Positions 41,561 to 53,296 of a stretch of 64,000 nt of DNA are shown here, piece after piece; position 1 is the stretch's first letter, and each line of letters opens with the position of its first letter. Where the stretch lies: the NCBI GenBank assembly GCA_051294905.1, contig CM119371.1, positions 3,660,001-3,724,000 of the forward strand, read 5' to 3'. The notes below the pieces were generated by a model. That model was not told the DNA's origin. It worked only from the letters and a program-made list of their open reading frames with translations, and did no database searches. A program made the translations under genes and the position numbers. Origin of the DNA: Botryllus schlosseri (taxonomy: Eukaryota).

Positions 41561-44500
41561 TAATTTAAATTGCAAGTTTCGCGTAGCGAGTACAGATTTT
41601 GGAAATCCAGTAGTTTATTCAAGTCTGGTTACAGTACTGTACAGTACGGTAGCCTACAAGTCTAGTCACGTTTTCCTTACATTTCAGCGAGTTGATACAA
41701 TTTGCCACTTAGTCAGAGGTGAAGTCATGAATCGAACGGGAGCACATCCCTTGGACATGCCGATGGCGGAATTGATGGCAATCTGAATAGAAGATGTCAA
41801 GAATGTGACAGCAACGTATCGAGTTATATGAATATATGCGGGAAAATAATGTACCAGCATCTGAGATCTGATGACCATACCTACAACGCACTTGATATCA
41901 AAAATGAAGCATAAAGTTTCTCATTTAATTCCAACTTTTTGATATTTGCCGTCGACTTACACACACTTGCCACAAACAAATTTTCAGTTCCAGCAGGTGT
42001 ATTTGTGTCTGAAGCTAGCTCAAAATTGCCTTCACTTTATCATATTTGTCAGTCGGTGAGACAGACACCGACGGTTCTATATCGAGGCAAAGGTATTGTT
42101 AGCGGCAAGTTTCAAGCTGAGATACGCCCGCGTGTTTGTGAAAGCACAGTCTGTTGAAGTGGTCTGGCGGACAGTCTTGAGATGAACCGAGTCACTTTGC
42201 AAAAATGACTTGACTCGGTGTTTCAGAAATGCGGATTGACTCGTGACTCGAAGCAAAATCAAGTCAAGTCATCAAAAAATCGGTGTCTCTATATATCGTT
42301 GTATACTTTACAAAATGTTCGGATTGTTCTCGATACGCCGGTGTTACTTGTGAGAGCGACGAATCTCATTCATTCAATGATCTTGCGTTTTACTGAACTA
42401 GAGTAGGTCAGCACCATAATACTGACGAGTTTGTGCTGAATATTAGCCCGCTCATACCTGGTCGAACGAAAACTTTTTCGCCAAGATACAAATTCCTCTT
42501 ACCATCCTTCTCATTCTATTACGTCTTCTGTTGATTTATCATCCTTTTACGTCTGCTCACAGCTTGATTAACTCGAATCTCATTCCCTTTAAGGTTGTTG
42601 CCCTGCAATGGTAGTCACAAAGTCGCAAATATGTTTACAGACAGACTTGTACAATAGGTGTTAAAAAACAAAACTTTTTTTCATATTTTCATCACCTGTC
42701 AAATCGTCAGGTTATCTTGAAAAAACTTTGCACAACAAATTTGACTCAATTCCAACCAGCAGATGCCGAGGTCAGTCAAATTGAAATTTTTGTTATTTTA
42801 TAAATAGTAGTATTTACGGTGACCAATTTCGTATCTCCGACATGACCAAAAATCGTGTTCCAGGTATGCCTGAAGATTCAGGGATGTCTTTTCCACTTGT
42901 TTTGATCTTGACAAGGCCCTATGGTGGAGTTTGGTGAAGACATCGCCAGTGAACGAAAAAAAAGATATGACATGGATTAGCTGGAAATTATTCCACTTCA
43001 TCGACATAGACACGTTTAAACGATGTTGAGATAAGTTTCAAATAGAGTAGACCTACTTTATGCGCTGAAATGAGGTAACCTGACGATTTGACAACCAAGT
43101 CGATGAGATTTGAAAAAACTTTTTTTCCTTTTCTGAACACCCCTATCTTACAGCCATTGCTAGCTCAGAATCATGACTACTGACAGGCTGAGGATGGGTT
43201 TTAAGCGTCAGAACTCCTGTTTCAAGCTCGAAACTGCGTATTTTTGAAAAGCCGATTCTAGCTCCAATACTTCTCAGTTCATTTGTATTTCAGTAGTATG
43301 TATTATTATCAGTTAGTAGTTAGTTGTGTTTTAGTTGGTACGGCATCGGATTTTCGATGGTCATTAGTTCTAGATCTGATTGAAGTTGCAAGTTTTGCAA
43401 AGTGAGTGCAGATTTTGGAAATCCAGTAGTTTGTACAAGTCTGGTTACGGCGCCGGAATAGTGGTTTAAAGGTAAACATGGACGCATCTACCGACATTTT
43501 CCATACCATTCAGCGAGTCGACACAATTTGTCACTTCTTTGGAAGTGAGGTCTCGAATTGGACGAGAGCACATCCCTCGCACATGCCAATGGCGGGATTG
43601 ATGGAGATCTGAATACAAAACGTCAAAGTGCCACAAACAACTGTTCAGGTAGAAGTGTAAGTAGTCCTAAATCATAACAACTCGAGTACGGTAATTAGTA
43701 CTAGTATGCAAAACTTATTTGAGATTTAAGTACTTTAAAAAAAAAATTAAATGACTTCATTACGGATCACCACTGCTTGCAGAGGACCTGATTTGGTTTT
43801 CTAGTTTATTTCCCGTCCAAGCTCAGCAATGGATGTGTGCGCTTGAAGCGAGATGAAATATATTTTGAGCATCGGCGGCTACATCGGAATGATCAGCAAA
43901 GGTTTAGTTATCGGTTTGATGGGTAGTTCATGAGATGTCCGGTAATAGTCAGGCTCTAGTTCAACACACAATGGCAGGGGGCAGACTAGTACACCATACT
44001 CAACCAACCATTGGACCGGGAACTACTTAATTTTTAAAACAAGCAACTATAACTACTTATTTTCAAAACTAGCAACTAGAATTACTCATTTTTTTCAAAA
44101 TTCGCTACTAGAAATAGAAATTTAATTACTCAATTTTTAACAATTAGCAACTTGAGTTGGAACTACGCTATTTTTAAAATCCGTCACTAGAACTAGAACT
44201 ACTTATTTTTCAAAACTAGCAATTAGAACTGGAACTACTCAAGTTTTCAAAACAAGTAACTAGAAATAGAGTTATAATCACTCAATTTCTGAAAATTAGC
44301 AACTTGAGTTAAAACCGGAACTACGATCTTTTCAAAATCCGTAACTAGAACTAGAACTGGCTACTAGGGTGGAGAGAAAAATGGAAAAATTTGAATTTTA
44401 AAACGGACACTTGATATGTGGTGACAAATTAAAAAAAAAATCTATAATAATTTTGGGCTCGTGCACCCTCTAGATTTTGAAATTGACTAGACTTTTTTAT

Positions 44501-45828
44501 AGTCAATCTGTATAATGACTCAGTTTGAACGCGAGTCATTGCGCAGGACTCTGACCAAGAGATATGACTCGAGTCTGAAACGGCCAAGACCAACATACCA
44601 TTGCAATTTCGAAGAATAGTGAAGTAACCACAGTGTTGGTATTTCATCAATTGCTACTGCTACTTGAAAATGCAATCTAAAACTGTTCTGTTCAAAATGC
44701 GAAAATCAGTTTATAAGTTTTAAATGTTAACCATTCAATATCGCCAGATATCGTTATAAAAAGTAGTTTTAACAAGACTAAATCGAAACTGAGTAGTCAA
44801 CGCAATGACTTCGACTCGGAATCGAGTCATAATATCATGACTTGGACTTGACCCTCTGCTCGCTGACTTGGACTCGGAATGACTCGATGGTGAATTAAAA
44901 ATGACTCGACTTGACTCGAGTTGAAACTATAAAAGTAAGATTGACTTGCGACTCGGAGCCTGTATGGTCGTCACTAAATGATTAAGAACTTCAACGTCAC
45001 AAGATTTGAAAATAATACGTTCTGTTTTGGAATGACCGCAAGATCAGACTACAGCTTCAATGACTACATCTACTTACTCAACCTTGTAAATTGTGAATAT
45101 AACACTCACACACATACCTGCACACAATCCCAAAGCCTGTACAATACATAAACAGAGCACGTCAGCACCACAATACCGACAAGTTTGTGCTGAATATTGA
45201 ATATTGGGTCTCACGTTCCTGGTCATAGGAGGTCGAGACACAAATTACTCTTGTCCTATTTTTGATTCTTTAGTTTCTTCTGTTGAAGCACATTGATAGC
45301 TTTGAATCTCACTACCGTTCATGATCTTCCCCTGAATCAATACCCAAACACACAGTTACAGCCAGATTTATACATACTACGAATCTAGTCAGTCGACGGT
45401 CATTAACTACTGGTTATCCCGTAGTTCTAGTTCTAGTTACAATTTTTTTAATGCGAGTAGTTCCAGTTGCATTACGGAATAAGTTAGTTGCGAAACTATA
45501 AAACACGTGTCACCGTTCTGTGAATCGCGATATCGGTGTTCTATTGTGCGTTGTTCTTGCATTGCTAGCCAAGAGTCATCACTACTAACAGTGGTTAAGC
45601 CCGGTGGTGGGTTTTGATTCACGGAACCCCTTTCATCGCAAGCTCGATATCCTGGCCTTTTGTAATGCCGAATCTATCTCCAATATTTCTTAGGTTGTTT
45701 GTGATTCAATAATTCGCATTATCCATTATTAGTCAGCTCTGTTTTAGTTAGTTGGTTTCAAGTTATCAAAGATAGTTAGTTCTATAAAATATAGTCTAGT
45801 TGTGGTTGCGAATTTTGGAAAGAGTACC

Positions 45829-46467
45829 GGGTAAGATCATGTCAGGTGCTCCAGAAAAAATTCAAATGTGCCCCCACAATCTCAGATTTTCATGAAAATT
45901 GGTAAGCCTGGAAAACTTTTCTTTCTGATATCAGAAAAACAAATTTTATAAAAATCGGTCAAGTACAGCCGAAGATGTGGACGTTCAAAAATTGCTGTTT
46001 TTGTGCTCGCTCAAACGGAAAAAACGTCAGAAATTTACACATGCAATTTAAATTTGCTATATTTTGGTCAAATTAGGGTCGTTGAGGGTGACACTTTCAC
46101 ACTTGTTCATTTACATCCTACTTGATACTTTGTCCCCTTCTTCGACACCTGCGGCTGCCTAGTTTGACAGTGAAAATGCATTAAGTGTGCTGTAAATGAC
46201 CAAGTGTGAAAGTTTTGCCCTCAACAGCCTTAATTTGATCGAATTATGGCAAAGTTAAGTTACATGTATATATTTCTGCCATTTTTTCCGCTTGAGCGAT
46301 CACAAAAATGGCAATTTTTGGACAGTCATACCTTCGGTTCTAGCCGACCTTTTTTGATGAAATTTGGATTTCTGAAATCAAAAAACAAAGCTCTGTAAGC
46401 ATGCCAATTTTCATGACGTTTCAAAAAGGTGGGAATTTGGCATGGAGCACCTGAAATGTATTGACCC
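45829..46467. mobile_element. Foldback non-autonomous DNA element, Sola2-like ends
   Basis: ggg..tcaggtgctcca ... tggagcacctga..ccc with a 4-bp TSD tacc (45825-28, 46468-71). The two halves are imperfect reverse complements over ~300 bp. Confidence 0.8.
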
Positions 46468-46565
46468 TACCGTACAGATTTTGCAAATTCAATAGTTAGT
46501 AAAGGTCTTGTTGCAGCGCCGTAACAGTGGATTGAAAGTACCACTTAGCACGGACGCATATACAC

Positions 46566-46928
46566 TAGTGCGAAGCATGGACCGGAGCCGGGTTGGATAT
46601 CCGGCCGGATTTTTTTAAATTTTGGTTGGACCGTATCGGAGCCGGATCAGTACTTCTTTGATATGGCCAGAATCTCTATGGATTAGCATGACGTTTGTAA
46701 TAAATAACTACCAACCAACAACACCCAAGTAACCGCCAAGCCAGTGCGAAAAGAAACGAGCTATACTTTTAAATTCATGGAACCACCGTACCGTGTTAGG
46801 TCGGATTTCCAGCAATTTTTGACCGGAGCCGGATCAGTACTTTTTCCTGATACGGCCGGAGCCGGACCAGAGAATTGACAAACCGGATCGAAGCCGGACC
46901 AGAGAATTTGTCGATCCGCTCCTCACTA
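46566..46928. mobile_element. hAT-like MITE with CCGGA pentamer arrays
   Basis: Ends tagtgcgaagc ... gctcctcacta; TSD atatacac/atatacat; repeated ccggagccggatc motifs. Confidence 0.8.
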
Positions 46929-47327
46929 ATATACATACGTTTAATCGCCATTCAGCTCGCCGATACAATTTGTCGTTTCTTCCGGGGTCTTGGATTGGAC
47001 GTAAGCACATCTCTTGTAGTGGCTGATGGGCTATGGCAGAATTGCTGACAAACTAAACAATATATATTGAAAATGTGACAGCGACGTATTCAAATACACA
47101 AATACATGCAGAAAAACACGAGTTATACAGTGTATAAGGAGTCATAAATTTTTTTTTTTCAAATTCAACTGACTACATGAAAAAGTTGTTAGTTTGGCTA
47201 TAAAAACTCACTACACCAAACTTGGTTTAATACCAATCAGTAGCCGCGTTGCTACAAGAGCTGAAAGATTTGGATATAGCCTAATATATAAAAATTAAAT
47301 AATTTTTTTTCAATACTTTCTGATCAC

Positions 47328-47911
47328 CAGGGTTGTAACCAAGTCCCAAGGCTCCGAGTCACAAGTCAATCTCGCTTTTATAGTTTTGACTCGAGTCAAG
47401 TCGAGTCATTTCAATTCACCACGAGTCAAGTCCGAGTCCAAGTCAGCGAGCAGAGTGCCGAGTCTGAGTCTTGGAATTATGACTCGAGTCCTAGTCCAAG
47501 TCATTGTGTTGACTGCTCAGTGTCCAGTTGAAGTCTTGGTAAACCCACTTTTTATAGCTCTGTTTGGTGATATCGAATAGTTCGCATTTATAATATGCCA
47601 ATTTTCGTCACTTTCAGCAGTTTATGGTCGCATTTTCAAGTACCAGTACCAACAGACGAAATCCCGATAGTGTGTTGGCTTCAGAATTACAATGAAATAT
47701 CGGTCTTGGCCGTCTGAGTCTCGAGTCAATGACTTGGTTCGAGTCATGCGCAATGACTCGAGTCCAAGTCGAGTCAGTACACAGAATGACTAGAGACGAG
47801 TCGAGTCATTTCCGTATTTTGAATAAATGACTCGAGTCAAGTCGAGTCATCAGAAAATCGTGAGTCGAGTCGGACTCGAGTCGAGTCATGACTCGAGTCA
47901 TTACAACTCTG
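47328..47911 (+). mobile_element. Full-length hAT-like MITE of the GACTCGAGTC family
   Basis: TIRs cagggttgtaa ... ttacaactctg with a perfect 8-bp TSD ctgatcac (47320-27, 47912-19) and arrays of GAGTC/GACTC pentamers. Partial or diverged copies lie at about 1-210, 13910-14290, 20260-20791, 21410-21792, 22495-22630, 26560-26760, 27041-27180, 28145-28401, 34320-34760, 35470-35975, 39848-40180 and 44500-44962. Confidence 0.92.
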
Positions 47912-49608
47912 CTGATCACCCCATTAAATTTATAGTTTTTTGACAGAAACGCTGCCAAACAAATTTGGTCAATTCCAACCAATGGAAGCGGAGTTATTGC
48001 AGTCGAAAAATTAGGATATGAAAAAATTAATAACCTGCCCACCGTGAATACGAGACCAATTATTCATATCCAAATTCCCGACTGCAATAACTCCGCTTCC
48101 ACTGGTTGGAATTGAGCAAAATGTATGGATTGATGTCGAAACTTCTCAAAGCTTCAAAAGCGTGTTCGACTTTTCATGGTTGAAATTGATGGATGCGAAT
48201 CAGAGCTATCTTCTAACTTCTAATATTTACGCAGGGATTTATCAGATCTCGTATCACTCGAGATTCAGTGATAACTACACCGCGTCGATCTTTCTATTGG
48301 AACAGGAGAAGTTGCTGAAATAGGATGGCATCATTTTATCAAAGAACTCATAGGCTATTCCAAAGAAGAGCAATATATTCGACTCCGCTATTTTGGACAG
48401 TGTTGTTCTGCTCCCTTTTGGCCAAATTAAGTCGAGACACTGCTTTGTTCAAGTTAACCGGAAATTTAATTGCCCCTCCATGGCTGTGCATTACTGTATT
48501 AGGGCTGTTCAAGGATAAGCTTTTTTCTGGATTCCAGCCATTCGGTGAATAAATAGTCAGGTTACCCTAAAAAACGCTGCACACCAAATTTGGTTCAATT
48601 CTGACAAGTATAAGACTCCGCAGATCCAACTAAAATTTTCAATTTGCTAGTGAAGATATAAAAAAAAAACAATCAAGGATAATAATAATCAGAGAATTAT
48701 CAACGAAACACTCGAATAACTCCTCTTTTACTAGTTTGAATTGACTGAAATTTGTTTTGCATCGTCTTTGAAGACAGCTCAACAATATCATGGGGTTGAC
48801 AGTAAAAAATTGAATTTTTTTTTCAAGTTGACCTAATAAATTAAATATTTGAATCAAATTTTGAAAAATTGTGTAGCTTTAACTGCGATTCTGATCTAAT
48901 TTGAAAAAAACAGTCTAATTATAATTCTAAATGTAGTACAATTTGTACAAAAAAACTCTAGCTTTTAGCTAGCATTCTAATTCTAATCTGATTTGAATTT
49001 GAAAATGATCTAGTTGCCCCAATCTGGCTGAGAAAACCCGGTTATCGTGTGAACCCCGGTTAGAAACCTCTGCTGCAAGTTAGCTTAATGAGAGAGTATG
49101 CTAATAATTGTGGTTATGAGATACCTTCAGCTTTTGACACTTCTAGTAAGATTGTCAGCACATAATCGAGTTGTACGTCTGCATTTTTCAGTTTGGCCCG
49201 GTTTGCTTTTTCAATCTTCACATGTTTCTTCCATTCTGTTTCGTTGAGGCCTTCAGGGGCTTGCGTTTCTACACGGAAAACTCACAGGTGGTCATGTAGT
49301 CTGCATCGCACTTTTCTACAAGTGTTAATCGAAGGTGGCTACCTAGCTTCACGCTGGGTTGCTATGACTCGATTTACCGGTGACTCAACTTGACTCGAGT
49401 AATTTTTTCAAATAACTCTACTCGAATAAATTGATGCGTTGAATCAACTTGCCTCGAGCAATTTCTTCAATAGACTTGACTTTAGGATTACCATATTCTG
49501 GTATCGGGAAAGGGGGACACTTTTTAAAAATATTTAAACTTGGAGAAGTCAAAATTATGTCAAAATTGTAGCGTTAGGCCAAAAATTGTCTAAATTGTTT
49601 ACAAAGTA

Positions 49609-51318
49609 CCGTAACACGTGGTGACTTTAGCACTGCCGGGTGACTTTGGCCGAAAACCAATATTCGTTTCTATCGCACACATCGAACAATATATCGATGT
49701 ATGAGTACTTTGAGATATTGTTTAGGAACAATCTGCATCAATAGAGTGCTATTATTGCACATTTCATGTTTGATACAACACTTTTACATGTTCGCAGCCA
49801 TTTTTATATTGACAGGTATGATAAGAAATTTCACCACACTTTTTATGTACTCAAACTTTTGTTTGGTTTACATGCAAAGTAGGTGTTTGAGGCAATTTCC
49901 TTTCATTTGCAGACAAAGGCTATGTACCTGACAACATTTATCGGGTTTTCTGGGCGAAAATACAGTTCATTATTTCAAGATTGTCAAAATCCTGTGGCTG
50001 ATCAATTTTTTTTATTTTTTTGCAATTTATGGGGTGACTTTGGCCAGCAATTTAGAGTCAGCTAAATGGGTATTTTTTGCATCAAGATTAATCTCGGTAT
50101 CCGTATCTTCTAAATAATTAAATGCCAAGGAAGTATAGAAAAAAGCTTGGTGCCAGGAGTTATAAAGACTACACCGCAGATGAGATCCAAGCGGCACTAA
50201 GAATGATTGAGGAAGGAATGTCCGAAAGATCTGTGAGTGAAATAACTGGTATTCAGAGAGAGGGACTTTACAGAATAAAAGGATAGGAAAGCATCCGAAA
50301 TCACCAGGAGGCCAGCCTGTTTTATCGCCAGATTTGGAAAAGAAAATAGCAGACCATTGTATGGCGCAGGCAGATTTTGGATTTGCTGTAGACGAATTTT
50401 GCTTTAGGAAAAGTATCTCGGGAGAGTGGGTTGCGAGGATAATTGCTATACAAGAGGAGAAGAAGGCTTCAAAACGGAGGAAAAATGGTGACCAACCATC
50501 AACGTCCCAACAAAAATGAGTTGAATTAGTCACGAGCACTCAACATGAAAGTTATGACGATTCTTCAGAAGCAGAAAATTTCCAGGAAGATTTGTGTGAT
50601 GATACAGTTGAAGTGGGAGCATTAGGGGAGGAGTTGAAAGCAAAACCAAAAGCTGGCCAGTATGTAATAATTGAGTATGAGGGAGAATTATTTCCAGGTG
50701 TTGTGGAGAGTACAGAACAGCATGGTGCAGAAGTCGGTGTTATGCAAAAATCGGGAAGCAATTGGAAATAACCAATTCAAAAAGATCAGATATTCTATTA
50801 CTGGAAACATATTAAACAGAATCTCCGACCCAGACTTACTGAATGCTCATGTCATGGAATCTACTAAGTGAATGAACTTGAAGGACATTGGCATTGAACT
50901 ACTTTTTATCATTGATTTGTTTAATTTCGTTGTAAGTTCTTCGAAGATTTTTGTGGTTTTGCGTTGCATTAAAGTCTGAAAAGTCACCATTGGTCGGATA
51001 CTTTTTTTTTAAAAGACTGTAGATGGCCAAAGTCAACTTCTCAGCTTGTGTCATTGGCATATATGACTGCTAGATGTCCTGGAAGTAGAAAATATGATGC
51101 TCGGCTAAAGACACCCCATTGCCGGTTGACTTTGGCCACCACAGAAAAATTGAAAAAAAATGATCGAAAACATGACAATAATTTTTTTTTTCAAGTTTAA
51201 TCCATAGATCTAACCCTTCCGCCCATAACAATGTTCAAGAAGACAGAAAATCATAACGTACCATAAAATAATTTAACATTTAATGTGAAAAGTGGTTCAA
51301 AGTCACCCCGTGTTACGG
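49609..51318 (+). mobile_element. Internally deleted pogo-type (Tc1/mariner superfamily) DNA transposon
   Basis: TIRs ccgtaacacgtggtgacttt ... aaagtcaccccgtgttacgg, with TA on both sides (49607-8, 51319-20). Subterminal gtgactttggcc repeats. An uninterrupted paralogous site lies at ~40845-40870. Confidence 0.9.
50122..50897 (+). pseudogene. Pogo-type transposase remnant (HTH_psq plus CENP-B-type HTH joined to the C-terminal region; DDE core missing)
   Basis: MPRKYRKKLGARSYKDYTADEIQAALRMIEEGMSERSVSEITGIQR, then a 2-bp frameshift, then GTLQNKRIGKHPKSPGGQPVLSPDLEKKIADHCMAQADFGF. The frame then jumps to KSIS..EEKKASKRRK..GQYVIIEYEGELFPGVV..VMQKSGSNWK*P, with in-frame stops. Confidence 0.85.
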
Positions 51319-52686
51319 TAATAACTTTTTTGCAACCTGCGTTTCGTTCATTTTGTATATTTCGCAGTGTCTGTGAACTTGTCATTTGACATTTCACCGC
51401 TTGTAGCCTACTTTATAGGCCTGCAGTTGTAGACGGCCCATGGTCTGCTTATTGTGAATCGTAAACATTCAAATGAAACAAATAGGTCAACATGGTGCTC
51501 AACGTACCGCAATATCCCAACTGATGCTACACTGCGTGGACATTGCAAGGTTCTTATATCAACAAGTGTTGTGCTACTAAACATTTTAATTATTTCTACC
51601 ATAATTCGTGGTGTAACTTCTGCAATTCTTCATAGGGCCAGATTTTCTTAAAATAAAGTTAGAAAAATTTTCAGTTATCGATGCAAAAAAGTTTTTTTCA
51701 GGCCATACTACTTCGTAAGGAAAGACAGTTCCAACCGGAAATGAAGACAATTCTAACGTTATGTGGGAAAACACCTCATTTGTATACATTATTTTTTTTA
51801 AATCGGTCAAAAATGTCAAAATATTGATTTTTAAGTCAAAATCGTTCATTTTTTAATTAAAAATAAGCCTAGTCAAAACCATACACATCATCAAATTCTC
51901 CGTTGGGATTGCCAGCATTCTGATTGTATTTGCATTTTCTTGACCATTCAGTGAGTCGATACGATTTGAAACTTTGTCGAAGGTGAGGTCTTGAATAGGA
52001 CCAGAGCACATCGCTTGGACATGCCAATGGCGATCTGAATAGAAGATGTCATAGATGTGACAGCAACGTATTGAATTTGAAACATATGAATACAAGCAGG
52101 AAAATAATGTTCATGCATCTGAGATCTTATGATCATACATACAACACACTTGATATCAAAAAGAAACCATCAAGTTTCTCATTAAATTCAAATTTCGGAT
52201 ATTTATTTATTTATTTGATATTTTTGGTATTTGGCATCGCCATGACCCAACATATCCATCACTGTTTCAATTCAATAGTGAAAATCGCCTAATAGTTTTA
52301 TGGTCTTGTTCTACGTTCACTTTAGTTACAGCAAGTAGTAGAGGTCGACCGATATCGACCTAGCCGATGATCGAGGCCAATGTTTGGAACATCGCTCCGA
52401 GTTCTCAGTCTCAGGAAATCGACGACACAAAGGGGGCTGCGTGACAGATTGCCCTTGCAGGACAAGTTGAACTGGGTGAGCATGCAGTGAATCTATGCTT
52501 CCTGCATCACAGCCTACCTCTACTGGACTGATCTGTGATTCTGCATCATCTTTTGCTCTTTGGGATATCCCACATTTCAATGAATGTGCACAATTGAGTA
52601 ATATTTGTTTTCTAGTTTATTGATCAGCTTTCTGTGGCATGTACAAGAGACAACTACCTAATCGAACGGAACGGAATAGAACAGTA

Positions 52687-53296
52687 GGGCTGTTCGAAAA
52701 AATCTTTTTTTTCTGAATCTTGTTGGCTGCATCATTAAATCATTAGTTTGCCTTAAAAAACGATGCACACGAAATTGGAATTCATTCCAACCGGTAAGCG
52801 CGGACTTTGTACAGTTTGAAAATTTTGAATACACCCAAAAATGCAAAAAAAAAATTCAAATTTTTGGTCAACCCCAAGAAATTGTTGCGCTGTCTTCAAA
52901 AACGATCCAAAACAAATTTGACTCAATTCCAACCAGTAAAAGCGGGGACATTTGAGTTTTTCTTTGATAATTCTGGGATTATCTTTGATCGGTGTATAAT
53001 CCAAGAATTATCAACGAAAAACTCGAATAACTCTGCTTCTACTAGTTGGAATCGAGTCAAATTTGTTTTGGATAGTTTCTGAAGACAGCGCAACAATTTC
53101 CCGAGGTTGACAGAAAAATTTGAAAATTATTTTTTATGGCATTTTTAGGTAAATTCTAAATTTTCACACTGTACGAATTACGCCCTTACCGGTTGGAATG
53201 AATTCAAATTTCGTGTGCATATATTTTGTAGGGCAACCTAATGATTTAATCACGTAGCTAACAAGGTTCAGGAAAAAAAGTTTTTTTGAACAGCCC
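52687..53296. mobile_element. TA-flanked foldback MITE (Tc1/mariner-type)
   Basis: ta|gggctgttc ... gaacagccc|ta, with ~290-bp reverse-complementary arms. Relatives sharing the aaatttg..caattccaacc motif lie at ~536-840, 42655-43145, 47126-48125 and 48499-48850. Confidence 0.85.

Larger units (their letters stand above)
37290..47052 (-). pseudogene. RBM28: RBM28/NOP4-like pseudogene copy B with internally duplicated exons: 46949-47052, 45219-45331, 43507-43608, 42458-42602, 41681-41782, 39609-39752, 38327-38564, ~37290-37478
   Basis: Translations: SHYKRCAYVQSKTPEETTNCI, ISINPAIGMCEGCALVQF and IAINSAIGMSKGCAPVRFMT (cf. [21 protein letters not shown], RRM3 RNP1); GNNLKGNEIRVNQAVSRR..DGKRNLYLGE; GTQAAEGLNAIEWK..IRLCAHNLPRCV; RRGVVITECRVIRD..FAFTKF..EHALKSLRSFNINRDIFGP; IAPEIKEQR. 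Each segment has a stop or frameshift; most keep AG/GT ends. Confidence 0.85.

Noticed and set aside
49125..49268. Fully open exon frame ending LKNADVQLDYVLTILLE, which looked CARD/death-fold-like
   Set aside because: The second half is out of frame. The shifted frame gives TTRLCADNL, matching RBM28 RRM4 (RTRLCLHNL).
50027..50539. 170-aa minus-strand ORF
   Set aside because: It is antisense to the pogo transposase remnant.
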